Positions 1 to 11,266 of a stretch of 64,000 nt of DNA are shown here, piece by piece. Below the pieces are notes generated by a model that was not told the origin of the DNA, did no database searches, and saw only the letters and a list, made by a program, of their open reading frames with translations. Position 1 is the first letter of the stretch. Every line of letters begins with the position of its first letter. Made by a program: the position numbers and the translations under genes. The stretch is from Mytilus trossulus (taxonomy: Eukaryota), in contig NC_086382.1 of NCBI RefSeq assembly GCF_036588685.1, positions 60,388,001-60,452,000 of the forward strand, written 5' to 3'.

Positions 1-361
1 TAGTCAGGACAAATTAATTTTTAACTAGTTTTATTATTTCATTTTATTTTTGAATTTCTTGTCATAATCACAATTATTAAATTTGACAAACACATACATG
101 TATATTTTACCTGAGACACCTGACCTGTAAGTTATATAATTTTAACACTTCAATGCATTCAAGATTTCCCTTTATCCTTGACTAGTTTTTGAGTAATACC
201 TTGTGTATTAAAAAGCAACAGGGGGTAAGATGATGAACATATAGGGCCACCATGGTGAACTTATTTTTTATGGCCACCATTAATAAGATAAAGTCACAGG
301 TAGTACTGTAATTAGGTCAAGGATTCATAAAAATTTTCAGATCATTTTATAGCCTGCATGC

Positions 362-689
362 CTTTTCGATTTTGTCCATCCAAAGTAGACTTGCTGATAT
401 AAGACGGCAAAGAAACTGTAGTTGTTCCAGTTGTTTGTACATTCTGATTCTGAAGAACACTGGACTGGTTTGCAATAAAATGTTCTAATGAAGGTCCAGA
501 TTTAAAACTTGTTTTTATGTGATCATTTTTAAGCTCTTCGTTGACATTTGATATAGTTTTGGTGGTGTTAGTCTTGGAACTATGTGAAATTAGTCTTCTT
601 TTCAAGATGCAAAACAAATTTCTGCGAGCTGAGTTTGATTTAGGGTTTAAAACTTGTGAAAGACAAATCTGTCCATTTCTTATTGCCAT
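362..689 (-). CDS. CDK5RAP1: First coding exon of CDK5RAP1-like mitochondrial tRNA methylthiotransferase (MiaB family); gene continues beyond the left edge
   Basis: ATG at 689. Basic, Ser-rich N-terminus resembling a mitochondrial presequence, then 'SGPSLEHFI' and 'PSYI...LDGQNRK', which resemble the metazoan CDK5RAP1 segment just before the K-V-Y-x-E-T-Y-G-C-Q-M-N motif. That motif is not in the window. The exon would end at a GC donor (361-360). Confidence 0.7.
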
Positions 690-957
690 TTTTGTATAAT
701 TTCGGAGCTTTCATCAATTTGATTGATAAAATCCGAGAAATCTTATCTGTTTTGTTGTGGTCAGATAAACGTTTGATATGAACCTGCATTTAAGAGTTTT
801 ATAAAGATATTTATTAACATTGAAAAATGTAAACAAACACGTGTGTTCCTTCAAAAATAACTGAAATGATGCAATATTGAGAAATCTGATATTCATTTCA
901 CTATATAATTATTTTTATTATGCAAAACGACTTATGATTACAACATTTCAGACTTTT
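690..957. promoter_or_regulatory. Putative bidirectional promoter/5' UTR region between CDK5RAP1-like and YRDC
   Basis: Divergent ATGs at 689 (-) and 958 (+). Contains CACGTG (838-843) next to TGTAAACAAAC. TSS not determined. Confidence 0.5.
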
Positions 958-3900
958 ATGAAATTGTTATCAGTCAGCAGGCCATATATTTCTACCATGA
1001 ACAAGATTGTTAAAGTTTCTGAAAATGGTAATTATTCAGTAGTTATTTTTTTGACAGCTTTAAAACATAATTTGGGGTCATGCTTGATGCTTCTGAAAAT
1101 GAAATAGTAGAAGCTTTGAAGTTATTAAATTTAAATAAATCACCAGATATATTTGGAGTTTCAACTGAAAACTTATTATATGGAGGACAATCTCTTATTT
1201 ATCACCTTAAAGAACTCTTGGATAGTACTTTTAGACTTTGTTATATACCAGACGAACAGAAATTAGGGATAGTAATTCCGCTCTTTAAGAATAAAGGAAG
1301 TTGTAAAGACAGTAAAAATTATCGTGGAATAACAATTACTCCAACATTATCCAAACTCATTGAGGCTGTTTTAAAGATCAGAATTAATCCTGACATTATA
1401 AAATATCAAAATCCATTACAACGTGGCTTTACTAAAAGAACAGCACCATTAAACTGCTCTTTTATTATAGAAGAATATCACAAGGAATGTATCGAGTTAA
1501 ATGATCAAATAATAATAACTATGCTTGATGCAAAATCTGCATTCGATGCTGTTAAACATGCTGGGCTTATCAGAAGATTATATCAAATGAAAATTCCGGA
1601 ACAATCAATTTTAATTATTGATAATCTATATAAAAATGCTGTTTCTTGTGTTAAATGGAATAATCAAATATCGGACACTTTTAGAATAGAACAAGGCGTA
1701 AGACAAGGAGGGACTCTTAGTGCAGACTTGTACAAAATCTATATAAATACACTTTTAGACATTTTAGCTGATTCAGGATATGGAGGCAAAATTGGATCTA
1801 TTTCTTGTTGTGCTCCTACTTGCGCAGATGATTTAGCCATTCTTAGTAACTGTCCGTATGAAACGCAAATTTTAATTGATATGGCCTTTGATTTTAGTAA
1901 ACGTGAGGCATACTTACTACAACCAGCAAAAAGTTGTGTTATACAGTCTAAATCACGTCACCATGAGAAAGTAAATGAAAATTTTTGGAATTTAGGCAAT
2001 TCTGTTCTTCCAACTTCTAATAAAGCAACACATATAGGAATATGTCGTACAGACGATGATTCATGTAAAGCAACAATAGATGAGAATTTAAAGAAAGCAA
2101 GAAGGACACTATATAGTTTAATGGGGGTTGGACTTTATGGCGAAAATGGACTAGATCCACAAACTTCAATGTCAATAATGAATACTTATATTATACCGAT
2201 AATGTTTTATGGATTGGAAATAGTAATCCCTAGAGGAAGATGTTTAGAAACTTTAAATATCCAATTTAAGAAGTTCTTGAAACAATTGTTATCTTTACCA
2301 AAAACAGTAGCAGATCCTGCTATATATATGATTTCTGGGATGTTACCTGTAGAAGCTCAAATAGATGTAAAAATTTTAACTTTTTATGGAAATATTACTA
2401 GACAAGGAAAAAATTCTATTGAATGGCAACTAGCGGAAAGGCAATTAAATGTTAAATCTATTAATAGTAATAGTTGGTTTAGTTTACTGAGGAAAATATT
2501 TTTGAAATATGAACTTAATGATCCTGCACAATACTTAGTTAATCCAATTAGTAAATACCAATGGAAAAGGGAAATAACTTCCAAAGTTCAAAAATTCTGG
2601 ATTGAGAAGATACTGAATCAAGCAAAACTTTATACCAGTTTAAGATACTTATCGTTGATATATAAACCAGGACAATGTCATCCTATTGCAAATACAAATA
2701 CTATGAATTCAAGGGAAATTATTAGAATTCCTACAAAATTGAAAATAGCTACTGGGAGTTACATTCTGCAAACAGTTAGAGCCAAGTTTAAAAGTAATAC
2801 AGAACTGTCTATATGCAAACTGTGTAATGAAACAGAAGAAACTTTACCACATTTCTTATTAACGTGTAAAAGTTTAGAAGATATCAGAAAACCAATTTTG
2901 GAAGATTTAATTAATTCCTGTAGTGAAGAACTAGCTGCCTTTAATATGAAAGGTGAACATTTTGACATTTTACAACTGATCATAGATCCCTTTAATTACA
3001 TGACAATGTTAAGAAATGAAAAAGTTTTTAAAGTGATACAGAACATTATAGATCCAAAATGTAGGCGATTATGTTACAATCTCCATTGTGAAAGATATAG
3101 ACTGTTGCAATTAGATGATATAAAGAAAAAGAAAAGAAAGTAACATTTTATGAATCCTAAGTGTCAATTGGTTGTCTACTCTTAAACAGTGATATCTTTA
3201 GATAAATATTTTTAGATTTTAAAATATTTAATGATTTGATGATATTGACATTAAGTCCAATTTTATCGTCAAGAATATGATGAACAATGTAAATAGTGTA
3301 TAGTGATATTGGTGGAAGATATTTTTATTCATGATGTGAAAAACCAATACTCGGAAGAGGTGTGCCTACATTGGCAGAATATATATTACAGATTACAGAT
3401 TACAGATCATATTTAACTTTGGCTTTTCCAAGGAAAAGTAAACCCTTTGATGTCAGGCGTCAAACAGTTATTTTGGCTACCGTGAGCGTCTGTTAAAATT
3501 TTACCATGATTTGTCAAATTATCCTTATTGTGATTCGTCAGAATTCTCAAATAATTATCGTTTCTGTCATTTTTGAAAAAAAATTAAAGTGATTTGTCAA
3601 AATCAGTCAATGTTTTTATCGTCTAAAAGAAAGTGTACATTTTATCGTCTAACACCAAAATTACAGTTAACATAAGTTAGAAAGAACTTTTACCGTTATT
3701 TGTCATGAAGGTACTCCCATTACGACCATATTCCAGTCTTCACCATGACACCAAGTTGGGGAGGATTCTCATATTAAAACATATGATTAAATTATTATCA
3801 TTGTGGCTTAGAAGGTATCGGTATCCGACGGGATCGTTCGCCCTGAATACATGTTCGCCCTAGGTTTGTTCGCACTGAGTTTGTTAGCCCTGGTAGTCTG

Positions 3901-6900
3901 TTCGCCCTATATTCATTTATGATATGTATTATGTATATATGTTACATCAATGAACGAAATATATTTATATATATTAAAATTTATGTATATCTATTAAAAG
4001 TTAAATACAGAATATATGCCAAATTTATATTAATTAAATAAAATTCTTGGCTGCATTGTTACACTTAATTTTATTAGGTATACAATTACTTTTAATTAGT
4101 TTACTGTTGATTGAAATTTTATTGCTGATTAGGTGTCATTTGAAACCTTTGATATCACTGATTGTTATGTAAATTGTCTTTGATGGATTAATAATTTAGT
4201 CTTCAGTTGTTTTACATTTAAAAATACAATGTAGTCATGTAGTGCTGAAATTCACAGAAGCTTATATTTCCTATAGCTAGTAACGTAATTACATACAGAT
4301 ACCTTGAAGTCACAATATCTTGTAGTCCTGAGATGTACTGAAACTGATAACCTAGAATAACAGCTAGCTTTAGACAAGTTAACATGAAACATCGTACATA
4401 TTCGGCAAAATTGTAGACTGACTTCAACACAATCAATTATATACACTCAAAGCAACACTATACAAAAAAATAAAATCAGGGCGAATGAACTCGGGGCAAA
4501 CAGGTATTAGGGCGAACAGAAACTAGGGCGAACCAGAATCAGGGCGGACAGATCTGGATTCGGCTTAGAATTAGATGGCGAGTTGTCTCATTGGCACTCA
4601 TACAATGTAACACATTATCTTATTTCTACATGTATATAACATCAGTGATACAACAGTACCTCTATTGACCCAATAATACTGTTATTATCTGAAAAATTTT
4701 AAGTTATCAAATACACTTTTTCCAGGTGATAATATTAAAATTTCAAGTTTTATTCGGTCATTACATTAAGTGTTTTTCAGTCATTTGTGTTACCCGAGAT
4801 ACAATATATGGCTTTCTAAGAAACAATAACATTATATTTTATAGAAACATGGACTTAAAACTAGCTATATACATGTACATAGAGTATTATAATATAAGGT
4901 TTCACAATTTTAGGTGATTCTGAATTTCGATATTGTCATTATTGAAATTGAAATTTTTAGCTTATAAGTAATTAATCATTTAGGTCTTTATATGTTTTAT
5001 TATTATTAACAGAACTGCAAGAACTTGTTTCTGTAGCAGTTAAAAGCCTAAAAGCTGGGAACATTATAGCTGTTCCTACAGATACAATATATGGTGTAGC
5101 AGGCCTTGTACAGAATTCTGAAGCTGTTGATAGACTGTACAGTGTAAAGAACAGAGACTACAACAAACCTGTAGCAATAAGTGTGGCTGACATATCTGAT
5201 GTGTATAGGTAAATCTTTCAATTAGAATTATCCTTAAAGTGACATTTTTATAGCACCGCAAAAAAATAAAAAAATGGTCGTATATTGGTATTGAGTCGCC
5301 TGCATCCTCATCAGCTTCATTTGAAGACAGATAATTTCCTAATAATACATAACTTAGTATAAGTAAATAGAAATCAATTAAATTTTAACACAAGGTTTAC
5401 AACCACTATATTCACTTTAGGAAGATTGGAGATAAGAAATTAGGAGCCTAAATGGTCCAAATTAAACTTTGTTTGATTTCATCAAAAATTGAATTTATAA
5501 TTCGGGTTCTTTGAAATGCTGAATCTAACCATGTATTTCATTTGTATTTAGATTCTTAATGTTTGGTCCTGTTTTCAAATTGGTCTACATTTAAAAATGT
5601 TCATAGGGTCCAAAATTTAAACTAAGTTTGATTTCAACAAAAATTGAATATATGGGCTTCTTTGACATGCTGAATCTAATTATGAATTTATATTTTTGAT
5701 TTTTGGGCCCAATTATCAAATTGGTCCACATTGAGGTCTAAAGGGTCCAAAATTTAACTTTATTTGATTTCATCAAAAATTGAATTCTTGGGGTCCTTTA
5801 ATATGCTAAATCTAACCATGTATTTAGATTTTGGATATTGGACCATAAAAGGTAAATGTCCAATTTAAACTTTTTAAGTTCTTAGACCACATTCATTCTG
5901 TGTCAGAAACCTATGCTGTACGTGTCAACTATTTTATCACAATTCAAATTCAGAGCTATATATATCAAGCTTGATTGTTGTGTCCAAACTTGCCCCAACT
6001 GTTCATGGTTCAACATCTGTATAAATAGATAGCAAAATTGACTTCTACAAAAAAATGTTCATTATTTTGTGTGTCCCCCTACACCTTCAGAAATGAATAT
6101 ATTTTGGATCTATCTTGAATATCCTTTGTTTGAATGGATTAAAATGTATACATGTACATACACGACATACATGACATACATGGAAGATTTGATGTGCAGG
6201 AAGTAGCTACTAAGCTTATTGCAATGGAGTTCACAGCCACCAAGTACAATGAAGTAATAGTAAACAAATATTGTTATGCCAAATATTTAATTTAGTTTCT
6301 GACAGTTTATATAATGATGTTATTTAGATTACAGATGTCAGGTATAGGCATTTGAAAGTAGTTTATATTTTTTTTGGTCAACTTGTCAAAGGTCAAGTCC
6401 CTGTTAAGTGGAGGAGATGATGAAAGGGGCTTTAACACATTTATTTTGTAATCAAGAATGATAAATTTATTATTATATTTTCTTTAAAGATGGGGCCAAG
6501 TAACAGTACCTCAAGCTTTACTAGCCAAGTTATTACCAGGACCAGTGACAGTTGTGCTCAACAGGACACCAGACCTTAATCCTGAACTTAATCCAAAAAC
6601 ATCTCTTGTTGGTATTAGGATACCAGACCATGAATTCATCAGGGAAGTTGCCAGAAGCTGTCAGGAACCTCTGGCTCTTACTAGTGCTAATATCAGTTCA
6701 GCTCAAAGTACTTTGAGGGTGGAGGTTAGTGTTATATGTTGATAGTTATATTATATACATTTTTGCAGTATTCAAGTAAGTACTGTTAGATTAGAAACAA
6801 GTTTCAGAAGTTGAAGTTGTTTGAAAGTGACATGATAGTTGACGAATGAAACATTTTCTGATATAAAAAAAAAGACAATGATTTTCCAATATCACTGGTT

Positions 6901-8207
6901 ACTAGTATGCTAGTTAAGTGTAATAGTAAATTGTTACAGCCATACTTTTGATTTTATTTTACTTAAAAAACTTTTATATCTGCCCTTATACAAAAACACT
7001 TTGAAAAGTACTTATTAATAAGAAGATATGGTAATAATGTATGAGGGCCAATGAGACAACTCTCCATCCAAGTCACAATACATGTATATATACAAAGTTA
7101 ACAAATATGTTTTTGTTCTTTCAGGGGTTTCACCAAAATTAAAGAAAAAATTGATCAACAACTTGTATGGTTTATAAACTCTAAATATATTCCGGATAAA
7201 GGTTTTAATTAATTTACATTATATGCTCATACTTACATGTAGTTAGTTGCATATACTTGTTTTTGCTGTCAATTGCTTAAATTTACCAGTGCATTTTCTT
7301 TTCAGGAATTTGAGAATTTGTGGCCTAAACTAGATAAGATATTTGATGATGGTATGCTTGGTGATACATTCCATTCAAGACAGGGGTCAACAGTGGTAGA
7401 TTTATCTAAGAAAGGAGTATACAAAATAATAAGGGATGGCAGGTAAAAGAAAATTTTATGTATATAACTGTTGCAATTGAAATGAAACCTTTCCCAATAA
7501 TAAATTAAAAATAGAAAATTCTGGTTTTCAAATGTGTGTCTCTTATAAACATTCTACATTGCAAAAACATTAATGGTAAGAATGTTACTGCACCTGATGT
7601 GCATTATGACAATGAATGTCTTATTAGTGAATGTCTTTTCAGTGATGTTGATGCCAAAATGGTTGAAACCAGGTGAGGATCCAACCATTTTAAAAAGGGG
7701 TGTTCCTAACCCAGGACAAAGGGGGGTTCCAACTACATGTCCCAATTCAATGCATTGATCGTCCAAAAAAAGGGGGGTTCCAACTTCCAACCCCCCCCCC
7801 TCTGGATCTGCCACTGGAAACTTGAAAACCATATACAAATGTTGTAGATCTGATAAAAACAGAAAAGGAGAAATAGTAGAGTCAAAATCCAGACTTGGAA
7901 TCTGAGCGATTCATGAGGAAGATGCATATCTGAAATTTAAACAATTTCCAAAAAAACTAAAAACAAAAAAAATCTTATGAACAATATCTATATTAAATAC
8001 TTGGCCAGATGATATCCTCATTTCAACTGCACATCTACAGGTATCACAAAAGTCTTCATTAATGAACATGTCATAATTTTGTATTTCAATTGCAATCCCT
8101 CTCAAAAGTAATGTAATTATTAACCATTTGTTTTATATTTCAGTTCCCTGAAAAATACAGTACAGGTTCTGAGTAGTTTTGGATTAATAGACGATAATAC
8201 TTCATGA
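958..8207 (+). CDS. YRDC: YrdC/Sua5 threonylcarbamoyl-AMP synthase, about 233 aa; exons 958-1027, 5013-5208, 6490-6724, 7306-7442, 8144-8207
   Basis: All introns GT-AG with consistent phases (1,2,0,2), 702 nt total. Motifs IIAVPTDTIYG, K-N-R..KP, LLPGPVTVVL, GIRIPDH, LTSANIS, GSTVVDL, IIRDG. AATAAA at about 8581. Exon 1 is assigned by phase match and is less certain than exons 2-5. Confidence 0.92.
1080..3143 (+). CDS. LINE ORF2 reverse transcriptase plus C-terminal Cys/His zinc-binding region, uninterrupted 687 aa
   Basis: Motifs NKSPD, IPLFKNKG, NYRGITI..LSKLIE, QRGF, LDAKSAFD, GVRQGG.LS, CADDL, C..C....ETLPHFLLTC. Confidence 0.9.
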   Translation: MLDASENEIVEALKLLNLNKSPDIFGVSTENLLYGGQSLIYHLKELLDSTFRLCYIPDEQKLGIVIPLFKNKGSCKDSKNYRGITITPTLSKLIEAVLKIRINPDIIKYQNPLQRGFTKRTAPLNCSFIIEEYHKECIELNDQIIITMLDAKSAFDAVKHAGLIRRLYQMKIPEQSILIIDNLYKNAVSCVKWNNQISDTFRIEQGVRQGGTLSADLYKIYINTLLDILADSGYGGKIGSISCCAPTCADDLAILSNCPYETQILIDMAFDFSKREAYLLQPAKSCVIQSKSRHHEKVNENFWNLGNSVLPTSNKATHIGICRTDDDSCKATIDENLKKARRTLYSLMGVGLYGENGLDPQTSMSIMNTYIIPIMFYGLEIVIPRGRCLETLNIQFKKFLKQLLSLPKTVADPAIYMISGMLPVEAQIDVKILTFYGNITRQGKNSIEWQLAERQLNVKSINSNSWFSLLRKIFLKYELNDPAQYLVNPISKYQWKREITSKVQKFWIEKILNQAKLYTSLRYLSLIYKPGQCHPIANTNTMNSREIIRIPTKLKIATGSYILQTVRAKFKSNTELSICKLCNETEETLPHFLLTCKSLEDIRKPILEDLINSCSEELAAFNMKGEHFDILQLIIDPFNYMTMLRNEKVFKVIQNIIDPKCRRLCYNLHCERYRLLQLDDIKKKKRK
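1080..3407 (+). mobile_element. 5'-truncated non-LTR retrotransposon (LINE) in YRDC intron 1, sense orientation
   Basis: RT ORF, then about 240-bp 3' UTR and a (GATTACA)n tail at 3385-3407. No endonuclease domain upstream and no clear TSD. Confidence 0.9.
3814..4561. mobile_element. Mutator-like non-autonomous element (MITE) with 9-bp TSD
   Basis: TSD GGCTTAGAA at 3805-3813 and 4562-4570. Inverted subterminal arrays GTTCGCCCT (left) and AGGGCGAAC (right). Termini GGTATC...GGATTC. Confidence 0.8.
5255..6020. repeat. Dispersed repeat with internal tandem units (Helentron/HINE-like); related copy at about 43200-43660
   Basis: Recurring unit GGTCCAAAATT...TTTGATTTCATCAAAAATTGAATT...GCTGAATCTAACCATGTA. 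Confidence 0.55.
7670..7817. mobile_element. Short MITE-like family with CAGTGGC(G/A)GATCC termini; related copies at about 19930-20095 and 28910-29030
   Basis: Imperfect inverted ends and a shared internal sequence (poly-G/C tract, TCAATGCATT). Confidence 0.55.
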
Positions 8208-9342
8208 CAAAGACAATACTTTAGATTCTAGAAATAATCCTAATTTATAGAAGTGTATTGGGCAGTGGGCACAATTCTGTGATGTATTTTATAGCTTGCA
8301 GATGCAACCTCAACTATGAATGTGAGCCCAGTTTTATGTGGTGGATGATGACTCTGAATCATGTGTGTATGTAGACTTCCTAAACACTGACTAACACACT
8401 ATGAAAAAAGATACTGTAATACTAATTGTGTATTTTTGAAAAGTACATGTATATTGATATATCAAGACTTTTTCTTGAAAACTGTCTTCAAAATATTGTC
8501 TGATGTATCTACCTTATATATATTTTATGAATGGTCTTTTTGTGTACATATACAAGCACCTAACATGTTTAAAATGCAATAATAAAATGTAGATTTTTAA
8601 GTTTTGTATTATGGAATTAATTTTAGTATTGAATTGGACTGTCAGAGTGACCTGAGTTCATTTTCAGTGATTTATTGCCTGTCAATACTGAGGTTGTGAG
8701 TTCAAACCCTGCAATTGGCAAGGTGTGTTTTAGACAGACAATATCAACGAGGGCTGCAATTTTCGTTGTTGCATGTTGGTAATCTTTCTATAGATACTCT
8801 GGCTCCCCGACCAATAAAATTTGGCTGCAATGTCAAATAGCCAAGTGTTTTTAAAAACCAGCAATAAACCAATAAATCTATTATAGAATAAATCATACAG
8901 GTATGTGCTTTAGCTTTTGAAACAGATTCCATCGTAAAATTTCTCAAAGATTTTCTCTGAAACTACTGAATCGTCTTCAGGCAAACTTTTGGTGAATGGC
9001 GTTCAATAGAAATTTTTAAAAAAATCAAAAAAATTCCCCTGTTAGTAAACAAACATAGTTTCTGTGGCTGAAAATAGAACATTGGGATAAATGACGTTAG
9101 TTGTTTGTCTCATATATTTAAAAATACCCTAGAGAAAATTTGACAGGGGCTTATAATCTTATTCCTGTTTGCACTCAAATGATCGTTATAGAGTTGCTTC
9201 CCTTAAAGATGTAATCCACTAACTAGCATGTAATGTTTTTTCTATTATCTCAAAACTAAGCAAATGTAAACAGCAAAAATAATCATCAGTACAAGGCCTA
9301 CAAAAACACAGATACAGCTGATACAATTGGTTGACCTCTTAC

Positions 9343-11010
9343 GGGAATACGATACAGTTACAGGGGAGGTAATGACCTTGCTAACCTAAAATGTTATTTT
9401 TGCGACGTCAAACTGTGACATATTGGGGAAAAGATGCATTTTTCGACTGATTTTTATCATTCAAACTGATTTAATTTGAAAATGAGTGCATTGACCCTCA
9501 TTTTTTTAAACGATATTTTGTTTCATTTTGCAGGGAGATTATGTTGACCAAATTTTATGAAACAGTAAATAGTGCAATTTTTGTCGAGCCTGCAACTTTT
9601 GTCGCAGAAAGCTCGACATAGGGATAGTGATCCGGCGGCGGCGGCTACGGCGGTGCTGTGTTAGCTCACTTCTTAAAAGATATGGATGCTTCATACTTTG
9701 TATGTGGATGCCTCATGTTACGAAGTTTCCGTCAGTCACATGTCCAATGTCCTTGACCTCATTGTCATGGTTCAGTGACTACTTGAAAAAAAAGTTAAGA
9801 TTTTTTGTAATGTTAAATTCTCTCTTATTATCTTTGATAACTATATTTGATATGTGCGTACCTTGCAAGGTCCTCATACCCGTCAGACAGTTTTCACTTG
9901 ACCTCGACCTCATTCCATGGATCAGTGAACAAGATTAAGTTTTGGTGGTCAAGTCCATATCTCAGATAATATAAGCAGGAGGTCTAGTATATTCAGTGAT
10001 GGAAGCATTGTAAGGTGTACATGTCCAACTGGCAGGTGTCATCTGACCTTGACCTCATTTTCATGGTTCAGTGGTTATAGTTAAGTTTTTGTGTTTTGGT
10101 CTGTTTTTCTTATACTGTAAGCAATAGGTCTACTATATTTGGTGTATGGAATGATTGTAAAGTGTACATGTCTAGCTGGCAGGTGTCATCTGACCTTGAC
10201 CTTATTTTCATGGTTCAATGGTCAAAGTTAAGTTTTTGAGTTTTGGTCTTTTTTTCTAATACTATATGCAATATGTCAACTTTATTTGGTGCATGGAAAT
10301 ATTTTATGATCTATATGTCAGTTGCGCAGGTTTTATTTGACCTTGACCTCATTTTCATGGTTCATTGCTCTGTGTTAAGTTTTTGTGTTTTGTCTTTTTC
10401 TTAAACTATAAGCAATAGGTCAACTATATTTGTTGTTTGGAAGAATTGTTAGCTGTACATGTCTGCCTTGCATGGTTCATCTGACCTTGACCTCATTTTC
10501 ATGGTTCAAAGGTCAAAGTTTAGTTTTCTTGGTTTATGTTAAGTTTATACAGTTGTAATAAAACTTCATATTTACAACTATCAACATAATATCAATGATT
10601 AGTTAAGAAGGCGAGACATTTCAGTGTGTGCACTCTTGTTTTAATTTTGATAGATATACAGCAAAATATGACGTTTTTTTTCTCAATTTATGACCATTTG
10701 ATAAACATGAGTTATTTCTAAACAAAAAATGCATAAATTTTTAGAATACAGAAATTGCAAATTATTTAACAAAAAACAATTTGTGTTTATCTTTCAAAAA
10801 AAAGAAGTTATGTCTTTCTTTGGAAAGGGAAAATTCGGCTACAAATCTGAATTTTGAGCAAATCTACAAAATGTCTACCTCATTTAACTCAATAAGTAGC
10901 ACATGAAGGTATATTTTTTATTACATATTTGATTTAATCAGGTAAAATGTAGCCTATATGCAAATTTTCACTAACTTGTAAATATGGAATCAAAACTGTA
11001 TCCTATGCCC
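9343..11010. mobile_element. TTAA-type TIR element (Kolobok/piggyBac-like), interrupted by a Helentron-like insertion
   Basis: Left TTAC|GGGAATACGATACAGTT versus reverse complement of right end TTAA|GGGCATAGGATACAGTT. Confidence 0.6.
9580..10640 (-). mobile_element. Non-autonomous Helentron-like element (HINE) with internal tandem array
   Basis: Terminal palindrome GTCGAGC...GCTCGAC, (GGC)n microsatellite, repeated TGACCTTGACCTCATTTTCATGGTTCA units, insertion in a T run. Confidence 0.7.
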
Positions 11011-11266
11011 TTAAGGAGTTATAGCCTTAGATGACTAGTTTGTCTCTGTTTATACCTCCATGGAGCTAGTAAAACCATGTTTATTTTGACTTTGAAGAGA
11101 TCATCACCACATTCAACTCAATTGACTCATTAGAACAATTTATATAAAGAGTCCATGACCTACCTGCTGCAAATATATTTTTATTTGACATATTATAATA
11201 AAAAAAAAGTTAGCTAAGAAATTAAATAAATTTATTGTACAATACAATAACAATAAGTTATGTTCA

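Noticed and set aside
877-1107. 76-aa ORF as a stand-alone gene
   Set aside because: Only 958-1027 is supported, as YRDC exon 1; the rest reads through UTR or intron.
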